Assembly (NCBI GenBank): GCA_002633005.1
Contig: NMRA01000208.1
Span: 297,072-361,071 of the forward strand
Length of the DNA: 64,000 nt
DNA from: Phoronis australis
Taxonomy: Eukaryota > Animalia > Phoronida
Direction: 5' to 3'
The translations under genes were made by a program, and so were the position numbers. Each line of letters starts with the position of its first letter. Position 1 is the stretch's first letter. The notes below the pieces were generated by a model, which searched no databases, was not told the DNA's origin, and saw nothing but the letters and a program-made list of their open reading frames with translations. Below are positions 26,001 through 38,808 of the stretch, in pieces.

Positions 26001-29000
26001 TTTTTGTTGTTTGTCTTTAGTTAATATCTACCAAGTTCTAATAAATGAATCCTGAAACTTATCCTATGTGTTCCTGACAAGGAGAGCCTTTACACCTGCT
26101 AGATCCAAGTACTGTGAATATATTTTTAAGGAATGAACACCTCTTATTTCTTTACCATTTCCCATGCACACAATGAACACTCTGTGTTCCTCTTTTTTCA
26201 GACTGGTGACACGATCACTGTCCTTGGTAAAGTGAGCGATGATTGGTTATATGGTGAACTGCAGGGTGGTCAGAAAGGAAACTTCCCAATTGGCTTCATA
26301 AACGCAGTACCTGCTACTCTGCATCAGCTGACACCAACAGATACCCTGCTTAACACTGGCAAGGACTCCAAACAGGTGTGAGATGTTGTGGTTCTCTGCC
26401 AGTCACAGGGCACTTCAAGGGCTGTTTTAACAGGGTGCTATGCACCCCCCTTTGATTTCAAATGTTGATTTTGATGGAAATTTTGCGCCCTGATTAAACT
26501 ATTCACTTGCCCTCTTTGCAATCCTTTAAATTTGGTCAGAAGTCGCTGTTTGCATTACCGCAATTCCTTTTTGTACAAAACTGGCTTCCCTGCTATGTGC
26601 AGTAATTAGATTTAATAGCCAAAGTTCTTTTCAACTTCATCAGATTCATGATTAATAGACAATTTGTGACTAATAAACAATTTGTGACTAATAGGCAATT
26701 TGTGACTAATAGCCAATTTGTGACTAAAAGACAATTTGTGACTAACAGACAATTTGTGACTAAAAGACACAGTCACATTTCCATTCAAAATTTCATGTCC
26801 CAGGAATTTATAAACAAGTTTGTTTCATATGCAGGGTTGATTGCTCAGTACTTGGCAAAGGAATTGGTTCCAACTCTGATGAAATTTGTCACAAATACCC
26901 GTTACAGTTATGAAATTGTCTTTAAGGAAGTGACATAAGATTACATTCCTATTTTCTCATGGATTAAGACGTATTCTGCGTCCCTGGAGCTATTTTCATT
27001 GTTTTTTGTTTATTTTTGACTGAAAGTGCTTGAGCCTGTTCCTATTTATGATCATGGCTGACATGGATTTTCGGACCCTTCCATCTATTGTGGCAACCTT
27101 AGTGGCAAATTTGTTTTTGCCTGTGCCTCATTCTCTATCAAGGTCCTCGAGTCCAACTGTCGTGGTGTAAGCCCCCTAATGACAGTTCAGGTTTAGCTGA
27201 GGTAACATCACCAATATGACATATCCTTCGTTCTTGTATTCCACTCAATTTCATAGCCTGTTAATTAGAAGATTTGGTTTTATAATTTTTATGGCCCTGC
27301 ATACCAGTAAAAGTGGATTTTAATTTTTTCAAACAGAAACTCTGTTTGCTTACTAAGTTTCTTATTATGAACAAGTGCTGTTTATTTGTACTGCCTTGCA
27401 CTGTTTATTTCATGAGTTGTATTCTTGTGCTTTGCAGGCCTGTACGCCACACTGTATAGCCCAATACGATTTCGGTGGAGAGAGCGAGGGAGACCTTGCC
27501 TTCAGTGTGGGGGACCGTATCACAATCACCAGTCATGTTGGCCAAGACTGGCTTGTGGGCATTCTTCATGGAAAGGAGGGATTGTTTCCAAAAGCATTTG
27601 TTGATATCATACAGGACATTACAGGTACTTTTTAAATGAATATTTAATGAGGGAGACCTCGTAACTGCTGAGAGCTGCTGTTCGTGGGGCCCTCCGTACA
27701 GTAGTACTCAATTCAACCTTTAGCCTATCACGTGAGAATCTGAAGTCCAAGAATCAATTATAAGAAATGAAAGTGCCATACCTTCTGTTTTGATATTTTC
27801 TCCATGGAACTATTTACATCTGTTGGTGGCATTTACGAGACATGTCGTTCAGATGGGTAGGATTTTCAGCTACAGATTCCATAGGTTTGGATGCTTTTTT
27901 GATTAATTTCTGCATGAAATAGGCCACTTCATGGGTTACTAGGAACCATAGAGAAGGGTTTTGTAAACACCGAGTGATTTCCCAATAACATCTGACTTTG
28001 GAAAACAATACTTGTCACTTAAAGTGCACCAGAATGGGAAGCAGATCCAGTGCAATGCGCTTTTTGGTTCACATACAACTGAGCAACCATCATGCGTCGA
28101 ATTACTAAACTATCAAATTTTTACACAACAGACTCATGAGAGACTCACCATAGGATCGCCGTGATCAAAAATCTCATCCTAAATTGTAAATTAAATATTA
28201 AAGTAACCAATTTTGTCTTGGCTGATATTATTGTAGCATCCTCATCATTGCGTAACATGTAGTTGACCCTTGTCTAAGGATGTCTAAGATATTGTATAAT
28301 GTTTTGAAAATTAAACTTCACATGTGGTAACAATGTCTGATATGGCGTAGTACCAAACAACTTTGAGCTGAACGTATCAACAAATTTTTCCTTGCAAAAT
28401 ATTAGAAAGTTGATAAGTTATCATAATGTTCTGATTTTCTAGCCCATTGTCGTTTATTAGTATTAAGTCTGCACATAATAACTCTCTCTCGCACTTTTAG
28501 ACGATTCCGACATTGCTAGTTCAAGTACTGCCAGAGGTCGCCCGTGTTGCAAGGCGATGTATGACTTTGTTGGTGAGACAGAGCAGGAATTGTCTTTTAA
28601 GGTATGTCTTATGGATGATTCGAACAAACATCAATAACTGGCAATTGTCTGACAGTCAACCTTACAGTCTCCAATATCTATTCCTAGCTCAATCTCAACC
28701 GTAGTTAGTTTGTAATTTTCCTGCATTTCTCTAAGATTAGCAGAAAATATTTGTCTACACGGTTTTGTATAGACAATGTCAATGTGTGTTCAGCCATGTG
28801 TGGCTCATGTAAATTTGTTATTTTGTAGTTTATGGTTAGCTAATGGGAGGGGCTAGACTGAGAGATGTTTTGGTTATTTAAGGCTCCGGGTATTTAATCA
28901 TTCTATTTGCGACAACCTGTCAGTGATTGAGCTCATTGTACATTTAGATCCAGGGAAAGCCCTTTTAGCTTCCAAATGTTTACTTTGTTTACCAAATGGA

Positions 29001-30528
29001 AAAAGTTTCACTAATTTTTTACACAATTATGTTTTCTTGGGCAGCTCTATCAAACTTAATCTGCCTTTGGTTTGCGGCTAGCGATGTTGTTTCTACATGT
29101 TTGATGTATTATGCAGTTTGTCTTCATGCTGTCAAATCACTGTTACTGTTCAATAAATTGCAGTCATGGCTTCTAAATGACATTTGTTGGTTTATATTGG
29201 AGGCAGAGTAGACCTATAATACCTGATCTCAGGAATTTTCAGGCTGCTCTATTGTTTGCTTTTCAAATTCCATTTTAATATCATATAATACTGAACTGCA
29301 CAAACATCTGTGGTTTCATGTAGTTGGCATCCTGCTTGTTGTTACATTCACTTGTCCATGGTGTTGTGGTATTGTCTGATAGTTAGCAGCCATCCCTTGG
29401 CTTTGAAAATTTTTGGTTAAAGCGGCCATTGCTTGGCTTACTGCCCACCCTATTTACTTTTGAGAGTTTTCAATTAAGCTCAGCACTCACTCGCAATGTG
29501 CTTCACAAAATTGATTTTCAAAACACTGAGGCACACTTTCAAATGTGGACCAGTGATGGCAGCACTGTCCACGCTATGAGAACACTTTGGTCTTCTGCTG
29601 TACTTATCAATCATGAAGCAGACAACTGAGCATTGCTTTCTCTTATGAGCTTCAGTGCCGTCCACACTCTAAGTTACCCTAGAACAGGTTATTCCTGGAA
29701 CGAGTTGTCGCTAGATTCGACTGCTGTGTGAACGCTACTTATACCTGGTGCAACTTACCCCACTTGTGAAAAGTTGCTCCACATTATCGAGGTGGGGTAA
29801 CTTGTTCTAGGGTAACAGGCACCACTTTTAATCCCTGTCAAGCTACAAACCTAGCGCTAGGCGCAAATAATTACCACATGCAGTTACAGAGACGGGACTT
29901 CTTTTTTACACTGTATTTGCATCAGTTATACATTGTCATGCACAAAGCGACAACTTCCGCCTTGTGCTAGTTATCATATATGTGTGTGTGGACACTCCGC
30001 TTAAAGTGAGGCAAGGTGCTCTGGTGTATGTCTGTGTTTGGATGGGACTCAGGTATGTCTGTGTGGGCGGGACTCAGTTACGTCTGTGTGTGGACGGGAC
30101 TCAGGTACGTCTGTGTGTGGATGAGACTCAGGTACGTCTGTGTGTGGATGGGACTCAGGTACGTCTGTGTGGGCGGGACCTAGTTACGTATGTGTGTAGA
30201 CGAGACTCAGTTATGTCTGTGTGTGGACGTGACTCAGGTACGTCTGTGTGTGAACGAGACTCAGGTACGTCTGTGTGTGGACGGATGCAAATTGAGAGAA
30301 ATGAAAACCTACATATAATGTGGAATTGGTTTCCGGGGGGGTGCTACTAATATTAAAGAAATGGTGGCTGTGGTGGTGATTATGTTATGATGATGATGAT
30401 GTTTTTTTTAGACTGGTGACGACATCTTTCTGCTGAGTCAGATCAGTGAAGACTGGTTAATGGGGGAGCTGAATGGAAAGACAGGACAGTTTCCAGCTGG
30501 GTTTGTTCAAGTGTTGGTGCCACTTTGA
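8043..30528 (+). CDS. SH3D19: SH3 domain-containing protein 19-like (Eve-1-like): Pro-rich N-terminus plus five C-terminal SH3 domains, about 895 aa
   Basis: Exons: 8043-8109, 10632-10730 (duplicate at 12935-13033), 14119-14191, 15652-15767, 17383-17429, 17988-18114, 18335-19205, 20097-20364, 22833-22967, 23850-24096, 24747-24805, 26202-26375, 27438-27624, 28501-28601, 30412-30528 (TGA). Phases are consistent; total is 2688 nt with one exon-2 copy. Five SH3 signatures: ALYDY..ELAFK..DWLLG..GMFP, ARFDF..DWMKG..GNFP, AIYDF..DWLYG..GNFP, AQYDF..DWLVG..GLFP, AMYDF..DWLMG..GQFP. Orthology is inferred from domain architecture. Confidence 0.88.
8345..8470 (+). mobile_element. tRNA-like interspersed repeat (second family); related copy on minus strand at about 50430-50590
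   Basis: gtgaatcatatgagcctctgtt...tgaatggttagcacactcgc...ggttcgattcc...aatctcggctattac is shared with the reverse complement of 50430-50590. B box present, no complete cloverleaf. Confidence 0.6.
9041..13569 (+). repeat. Tandem duplication of about 2.3 kb (9041-11269 and 11271-13569) separated by a single N; each copy holds SH3-gene exon 2
   Basis: Both copies start taaaattgagcaaattatgcctcac and end ggaataaacaaaa. They show scattered substitutions and indels, but the 99-nt exon is identical. Confidence 0.95.
12605..12724. repeat. 30-bp tandem repeat, 4 copies (one unit in the other duplicated copy)
   Basis: Unit tagctgtagagaagtctgatattaccaaga; a single unit at about 10392. Confidence 0.95.
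16830..17190 (-). mobile_element. Second copy of the same tRNA-derived SINE (16830-17078) plus an inverted copy of its 3' module (17085-17190)
   Basis: Minus strand reads gtggcttagtggttagg...ggttcaaacctc, then atgagtgtaccagatacccatgcttgttgttacaagaacac, matching 31801-31841. Plus strand 17097 ctgaagacggccagagaaatgatcgactgaattgtcgtg...ggtgtaagtagaccaatagatttt matches 31850-31930. Confidence 0.7.
21870..22480 (+). mobile_element. 5'-truncated non-LTR retrotransposon (CR1/L2-clade-like LINE) 3' ORF2 fragment
   Basis: KIRQRLGLLRRISPFLP...YFST...CSTVWSG...LLKAQKQAARLVLG....TPSTHMFSRLG*LP is typical post-RT sequence. A downstream WNNLP motif (tggaacaacttgcca, about 22400) and an AT-rich tail follow. 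Confidence 0.8.
26655..26770. repeat. 18-bp minisatellite, about 6 copies
   Basis: caatttgtgactaataga-like units. Confidence 0.9.
29655..30000 (+). mobile_element. Interspersed repeat (MITE-like, CCACAC...GTGTGGAC ends); second copy at about 62405-62665
   Basis: Both loci share ttaccctagaaca, tatcgaggtgggg..aactt and cattgtc.tgcaca.agcgacaacttc.gcctt. Confidence 0.65.
30020..30285. repeat. About 27-bp minisatellite, about 10 degenerate copies
   Basis: gggactcaggtacgtctgtgtgtggac-like units. Confidence 0.9.
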
Positions 30529-31703
30529 TACCTGAGTCAACACATTAGGCTGTGTTTACGACTTGTTCAGTCTGTACAAGTCAGTCAGTTGCTCTTCATT
30601 CCATTCATCTTCATTGTTTACATTTCAAATGAGCAAGGCAGTTCTTTCAGCCTGAGAGCAGATAGGATGGAAAAGTACAATGTCATCGTACTGATCGAGG
30701 TAATGTGGAGATTCTAAGATCTTCGTTCTAACTCATATTTCTCTGAGGAATTGCATTAGGTCAAGTTGTTAGTAGCAAATCACGCATGGTTGATGTGCTA
30801 ATATCTGTATGGTTCAAAGATTCAGTGGCATTATCTTAAGATTTTAAAATGTTTTTGTTGCTGGTTCAAAACAAATTTGTTAAGTGCAAGTGATTAGTTC
30901 ACTGCCATCTTGTACATCAGCAGTTTGGAGTGTTTGCTAGACATGTGACGCAGTATCAATTTTCATCCCTATTGAGAGTCTGTCAATGTGGAGACCTAAA
31001 ATCTGACCCCCAGACTCAAATTGCATCTTCTTTGTACATTCTCATTTACACGGAGGAATGTCTAATCATTTTTCACTCTTGTTGCCCCCAAGATCAAATC
31101 TATAAGGTCAAGTTAGAATTAAAAAATTTGGTAGTTGCTTGAATCCAGGGTTCAATCATTGAGTGTGATGTTGAGAGTGGAAACTCCTCTACATAAACCA
31201 TAACATTATAATTATCTTGTTTTCCATTTCATATCCATTCCCATTTTTCATTCCCACTCAAACATAACATAGTAGTTTTTAGCATGATAACTTATTGACT
31301 GTGGCATGTTGTCATTTTTTCTTTAATACTGCCCACAGTGTGTGCTATATGCTCTTCTGCTTTCAATGTCTCCATCCTCATTTGTCAGTCTTTTAGGAGA
31401 TTTTCCATCAAAGCATAATACAAGTTCATTCTTTCTTTGCTTGGGCTGTGGTCTCCTCAGGTTTTGCATTCTTTTATAGTTTTGGTTGGGAATTTACTGT
31501 TACGTGGGATTTAGACAAAGAGGCCTCGTGGCAGGAGACATGATCATTGCTTAAAAAAGAAGTCGAACAAAGCTAGTGGTAATCAGTACAACACTGAGCA
31601 CACAGCACCATCTATAGGGCCTCTAGGCCAGTAAGAATAATACAACACAATTTCATTCTTTGTTTATGTTTCAAGTCAGTATGAGTTGCTTCTGTACTGG
31701 TTA

Positions 31704-31950
31704 AGGTGCTGGTGGTGCAGTGGTTAAGGTGCTGGACTCGAATTATCTGTAGTTTCATAAGTCGTGGGTTCAAATCCTGCCTCGGACAAAAAATCACACC
31801 ATGAGTGTACCACATATCCGTGCTCGTTCTTCTAAGAACACGGGATCACCTGACGATGGCCAGAGAATAGACCGACTGAAGCGTCGTGACAGTGTAAATA
31901 GAGGTCGGTGTAAATAGACCAAGAGATTTTAATAACAGTTGTGACACGCC
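31704..31950 (+). mobile_element. tRNA-derived SINE with hammerhead-like 3' module
   Basis: A box-like TGGTGCAGTGG and B box GGTTCAAATCC. The body is homologous to the minus-strand copy at 16830-17078. CTGACGA...GAAGCGTC core at 31850-31885. Confidence 0.7.
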
Positions 31951-33409
31951 ACCACCTTAGAGCGTTTCAGAAAGTTACTAGAGGATCAACAAACTCATTT
32001 AAATTGAAAATTACGCCTATTCAGTTTTAACTACAGGATACAGCATGCGCATATGTTGTCAAATATACATGTAAACTAGCTGTACCATCAGATACCATGT
32101 GAGGTCTTTGTCAATTAAAACATTCTGTTCCAGTCATAACCAGGTCAATTCTAGCCGGACATGCAACAAACAGTGAAATGATTCAGCTAGGGAAAGTTTT
32201 TATCTGAATAAGGTAAAATCTGGACATATTTGAAAGACAGAATACAAACACTACAAGGACCATACTTTGTCAGTCAAGTCAGAATCCGACCTGTGCGACA
32301 GGAACACCACAACTGGTGTTCCATAAATAGTTTTGGTTATGAAATGAATTAATATAGCTTCGTGCAAAGAGAATATTTCTCATTTGATTCTGTACTTAAT
32401 AATTATGTTAATATGCAGTTTTTGGACCAATTATCAATTAATATGACTGTGTTTGTATGAAGGCATCTGTAGTGCAATGTTTTTAATTGTATTGACGGAT
32501 AAGGTTGAAAAACTGATTGTAGTGCATTTTAACATCACTATTTTATATATACTTCACTTGAGCTGTATAATGTTTGTATGTATAATGTTATTTATTGATA
32601 TTGTGTTCAATGTAAAATGTAAAGACAAAATAAATGATTCCAAATCATTCAGTGCAGTTCATACATGTACAAGGGTATGGTATATTCATGATTCATAGTT
32701 ACTTAGGTCTCCGTCCCGCATGTAAACTACTGCGGTTACTCGGTATATCACAACCAAAACAACTGAATTACGCCACTTCAGCTCATAAAGTGGTCTCTCA
32801 ACGTGATAGGACTTGATTTGCATTAGGCTAAGAAAGATTACAGTCAGTTCTGGTCTGTTTTTTCAAAATCAAAGTTGGGAGTGCGGTAATTTGATCAAGT
32901 TGGTCATTTTTTCAATATGTGCTTTTTGGCAAACATCAAAATCGTCCATGGCTCATTGGGGTGGGCTAACCTTAAAATTGTGAACTCCAGTATGGCCTTA
33001 GTGGCTATAATAGACAGTTCATTTCGCATGACCAGTTAACTATTGACATGCTCAATAATATGGTCGAGCAGAGCATATTGAAGCAGCAGCAAGCCTCCAT
33101 TCCATCGAAGAAACCAACTTTTGATTTATGCCACTTGCCTCTATAAAATTGGTCTTTGTACACTATTCAATTTGATTGTTCAGTAATCAGATGAAGAGAT
33201 TTTTGGTCTTGAAAAGACTTGACAGTTCATTATTGCTCAACACTACACACCACGAATATACTGACACGTAATGACAACTTGTAGATCCTGTATAGAGCAT
33301 TAACGAGCTGACAGTTCTTTTGACTAAAGCAAAACTGGAGAAAAATTTTACAACAGTAAGTGGTCAAAATGTGCAGCTGGTTTTTTGACGAAGCAAGTTT
33401 ACAACAACT

Positions 33410-33910
33410 TTAAAGTAATATTAGTACCTTACTGACAACTCTACATTAAACCTAGAAAAGTATTAATTTTAACTCAATAAATATTAAGAAAATATATTTT
33501 CTGAAACTAGAAAGGTTGGGAATTTGATTTTTGACCTTTTAGCAAACCATTATTAATTGGGTCATGTGACCGTGTGTTTTTAGTAAAATTTAGGAAAGGT
33601 ACATTGATAGCAAAAAACGGCATCAATCACACGATCAAATTTTATTTGAAATAAATGTTCAAGGTGAGATATAAAAAACGCTGTTGCAGTTTTCTAAAAT
33701 ATTTTTTCGTTTTTGTTTCAACTTCAAAGATTTTCCATGAAAATCACAACAAGACTATTTTTTGATAGCTGTTCACGCAAAAGTGGAACATTGTTAAAAC
33801 AATTTTGAAAAGCAATTTTGAGAACAGTGCATAAAGCGTTGTATTCAAAAGTTTCACGTGAATCCAGTCGGCCATTTCTGAGATATGATGTTCCGAACTT
33901 TGACAAATTT
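33410..33910. mobile_element. AT-rich interspersed repeat; inverted homolog at about 61390-62000
   Basis: ggtcatgtgaccgtgtgtttttagt (33560) matches actaaaacacatggtcacatgacc (61890). cacgtgaatccagtc..atttctgagatatgatgttc (33855) matches gaacatcatatctcataaat..gattggattcacgtg (61420). Confidence 0.6.
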
Positions 33911-34401
33911 GACTAATTTTATAGTGTCCTACATATTAACCTGCATCTAAGGAAATGTGAACAGTTTTGAGAGGTGAAGATCAATAACACATTCACTAAT
34001 TGTATCCATTACATATGTAATTAATTTCCTTCAGCTGTATTACCGTAAATTATTTCTTGCACAGTTGTAACAATATTTCCATAACATGAAAAACAAATAA
34101 TTCACAACACAGGACGTAACAATACATAAACATGATATACAATACAACGCATACCTTATAAGCAACTCTAGTGTCGCTGATCAAAAACTGACTAACCAGT
34201 CTTATTGTTCACAAAAAATGTTTCTACTGAGAAGATTCCATCCACAGAGGTGGCAGCTTATAATAAATAAAACAGAAGTACAACTCTCAAAATAGAATTT
34301 CCCACATACATTAAATATGTATTAATTAAAAAGATCTAGAAGTTCCAAATCAAGACATCACATTAGCACTACAAACCCATCAATAAGCTAGACACGAGAC
34401 T

Positions 34402-37400
34402 TCACCACTCCCTGTCCTGCGGTGAGTTCCCCTCTACACCACTGTCTTGCTCATCAGCACCTTGTTGAGAACCATCAGCACCCGATTCTTCACCGTCGTC
34501 AGACCCATTTTGAAAACCAGGGTCAATGGGTTCATTCTGCACACCATCGAATATTATGTCCTCGGGGTTAGGAGCCCTGGGGCAGAACTCTTCTCCAGGA
34601 CATATACTGTCAAAAATTTCTTTAGCCTACAATACATAAAGCAGCTTATGACCACCATAACATTAAGTTACCTAGTATCTAAACTGAAAATACTGTAATC
34701 CAGATACAACCAGAGGTGCTGGTGGAGCTGTCAATTTGAACACACATGATAGGCTTCCCACATTGTTGCTGGAGAAAATCAAATCCTTAGAGAAGCCCTT
34801 TATTTACTGGACAGTAACACCCAGCGACCCCTGTGTATGGACACAGAACCCAAAAGCTGTTGACCTGCAACAACCATGGTTTGATAAGATCACCAAATAT
34901 AATAATTCTTCACTTTACAGTAAGGAAACCAATGAGAATTTTATCATTAGCAGACCTGACATAGACCCTTTCAGTGGTAATGTTAATCTGGTTTAATAGC
35001 AGCAATCATTTGTATGTTACACAACAGCACTGTGATAAGTATGTCACAATTACTACAGCGTCCTGACGAGTCAACAAAGGAGGTAGAAAGAAGCCGTTAT
35101 CACCTTAAAGTATCCCAAGAAGAATACATGTTGAGAGCCCTTAAAAGTTACATTGACTGCATTGGACAAGCAGGGTATGTTTAAAACACACATTCCATCA
35201 CACTGAGCAGAGATCTCAAATATTTGAAATAACATCATTAACAGGAAAATGGAATCATGTAAAGCTACCTTTAAACCTGTGAAAGTGTTTTGTACCTGTT
35301 TAACAGCATGTTCATAATGGAAAGCTCCACCTGGTCCAGATGTTATGAAGATATTTGATGGACTCCGCTTGTTTAAGTCACACTCTGTAGTGTCAACCAT
35401 GTTGTAGTATGTAGCCCAGAGAACCCTGGGTTTGTCACTATTCTCTGTCTGACCAAAAAGACATGACACTGCACTAGACAAGTCTTCTTCAGCATTTGTG
35501 GATGTGGGACAGGTTAGGTGAACAACATCTGAAACACACCAAATTACAAGTAACAATCACAGCACTCGAAATGCATCAAAAATGTGACTTCTCAGCATCA
35601 CCAAAATATTCCTAATGTGAAAAATATCTAAACATTGATCACGTCTAAGAGCATCGTGATATTAAGTTAACGGCCACTTGTGTGATTCAAAGGGGACAGT
35701 TTGATGTTTTTGAAATATTAATAACTACCAGTTGGAAATCAGTAAGTTTATTGAAGAGTTCAAGTTCATTTCAAATAAAAATATGTACAGCAGATTATTT
35801 AACATTTGTGTTATGCGTGTGGAGCCTATATAATATCAAAAAAGTTAAAAATGCCTAAATATTAAAAACATAAAACTGTCTATCCTCTTATACTATCTAA
35901 TATTTTGATGATTCTTGATAGATCGATAGTGACATCTATTGGGCATCTAAGTACTAAACATTGCCAACAGTGTTCCTAGTGAGCACTTTTGTACCACGGG
36001 ACTGCCATTCTCTCAAAACCATATTTGACAGCAATTCAAATGCTTTCATGAAGCATAAATTCAGAGTTTGTGTTTATTCCCAGACTTAAGGCTTTTGTTG
36101 GACAACATTACTTACAGTCAATTATTTTTCCTTCAATAAATATAAAATACATCGAGATCATAGTGCCCCGCACATATTCCAGTAAGACCTACATAAATCC
36201 TTAGGACAGGCCGCACTGCTTTGTGGTAACTCATACACGGCCACTGGGTGGCGTCGGTCATCTTGAGGAGGAAGACTGAGGAGTGTGAGATGGTCGTCAT
36301 CAGACGGCAATATTGATCTGTCTGTGATCAGGACACCCCTGGAAACATATCTAAAACAAAAGAATCATAAACATGTACTGTTAGTGTTATAGAAAATGAG
36401 TTTCTGTTATAATTTTTTCAAAATATATGCTTTGAAAGTCTTGAGTGCATAATTCTTAACTGCTTCGTATGAAACTATTTTTAAAAAATTACAGTGGTTT
36501 TAATTTATTATATATTTAACTGAGATATTAGTCTCAGATTTTCTTTTCCATAACCTTATGCTTTTTTCGAGTGGATCATGGGTCAGTGAACTCTTAAGGT
36601 CCCTCAAAGACTCTCCATAACATTTATGTATTTTAAAAATCATTATTTGTATTGTGAATAACATTAAAGTGCATAAAGGGAGGTCAATATTTATTTAAAG
36701 TCAGACTTAAAAACAGTAAACAAACTACAAAATAAATTGTAGATAATGTAAATGTGAACAAAATACAGGAACCACACGCATCAACAAGTAAGCAAAATTA
36801 AAGTCACGTGTAGCACAGTACACCATCTCCAAAACTGGAGACCAACAAAGTTTTATCACTTTCAATCATAATAACTTTAAACTGTCTCATACTTAGCTTC
36901 CATGAACTGCTGGAGAAATCATGAAAACTTAAAATACTGAGCCATTAGAGGAACTTATTGAGTGTCATAAAAAAATCAGTGAGAAAACTCTACTTACTTG
37001 GGTTCATAACTTTCAGGTAGTAGTTGGTGAGGTGCAAAACTAGATTCCATGACTAGCCAGCTAAAACAAAAAAGAAGAGCAATAGGCTCTGTTACACCAC
37101 ACACATACTAACAGCACATGTACGACTTTGAATAAACTTCTCAACTTCAGATGCTGAATTTTTTTCCCAGTCATATCAGTTGTAATTTGGAAACAAATGA
37201 AAACTTTCGTTTATTGAGAAATATATCTATGATGTTTACAATTAATAAAAATATTTTCAGATTACAAATTCCGTCTCATTTACAAGCACAATTTGGCCAA
37301 ACTGCTTGAGGCATATTTACCTAATGTATAGTTATCTTTACCATTACTTGTAGTTTTTGATCCATTATAGATTTACTTCTCTTATTGTTAGATTTACTCT

Positions 37401-38772
37401 TTTTCATCAAACCTCTTTATACTTCATTCAACACCATGTATTATCTCATAAGGTTTTTATGCCGCTGAACTGATTTCATTTCACATACGATGTATGACAA
37501 TGGAAGCAAATTCACGTAAAACCAGGTTGAGACCTGTTTATACATACCTGCATTTGATGCGCACTCCTTCGTTACAAACTATTCCCACGCACTGGTTATC
37601 TTGGTTCATTATAGCCGAATGAGCCGTCCGTCGGAGGCAATACAACCCACCAAACACAGCACACATCCTAGAGTGACAAATTTATATTCACAACACAATT
37701 ACACACTGAAGATCTGGCAGCCTTATGTTGAAGCAGACAGCCAGCCTCACTCAATATACGACATATGAGCAGCGTCCACATACATGCACAAGAAAGTTCA
37801 GGTGAAAAAGCTTGTGAAGTGACCTGTTCAGTGAATATTTTGTTTTTTGTCTAATATTTGTGGCACACCAAATGTCAAAAATATTTATTCGTTACAGTCT
37901 ACAGATGTGCAACCGTCATCAGATCAAAGGGTCATTGAGTCTACACCCCACTATATGAGCATATCATAATTCATCCTCTGTTAACCAGAAAGTCATCGAG
38001 TAGAGACTCTAGATTCCGACTCAATATAGGAACATATCATCAACAGACCTTTAAACAGAACAAAATGATTTCATATCTTCATTACGTTACTTAAAATTGA
38101 CACAAATGTCACCTAATATACATGACAAATGACAGTCAATCAGCTTTTAGTCAACCAAGCTGTTCGGTTTGCCTGAACCAGGACCACGTCTAGCAAATCA
38201 ACCAAGTGTCTACCTGCAGAAACATTGCGGAATTTCACCACTTCCATACAGCGGCCACAAAAATGGGGTGTTACCATAGCGACCTAATGATTGCAGAAAC
38301 CGTTGGGTTCTTTTAAGTCCCTGAAAATGAAGACAATACAGAAATCATTTAGTATAGGGTTAACAAAACAGTGATGTATACAGAAGAGTGAGTCATACTT
38401 TAGAGTGAAGCACCAGGCTATCTATGATAGTCAGAAGAATCCAACTGTAAAAATCGACCGCGCAAGTTCTCTCCAGTTAGATCCTGGGACAACATAAGTC
38501 TCATGTAAAGTAGTGTAATGTACTTGTATATTACAAAGATCAATAATCAAGTTCATTAGTCCATTAACTGATACTGTAAGGCAGTTTAAAAATAATGCAA
38601 TACTAAAATTACGCTAGCCTTTTAGAAACCAAGGCCCACTTAAAAGGCCGCCTTCATTTGATGGTTGTGTGTCAACAACGTAATATGAATCAGGAATTCA
38701 ATAAAAACGTTCTCTTTGGGAATGGTGACTTATGACTGGGTAGCAATTACCACAGGTCACTAAAATAAATGA

Positions 38773-38808
<36 letters not shown>

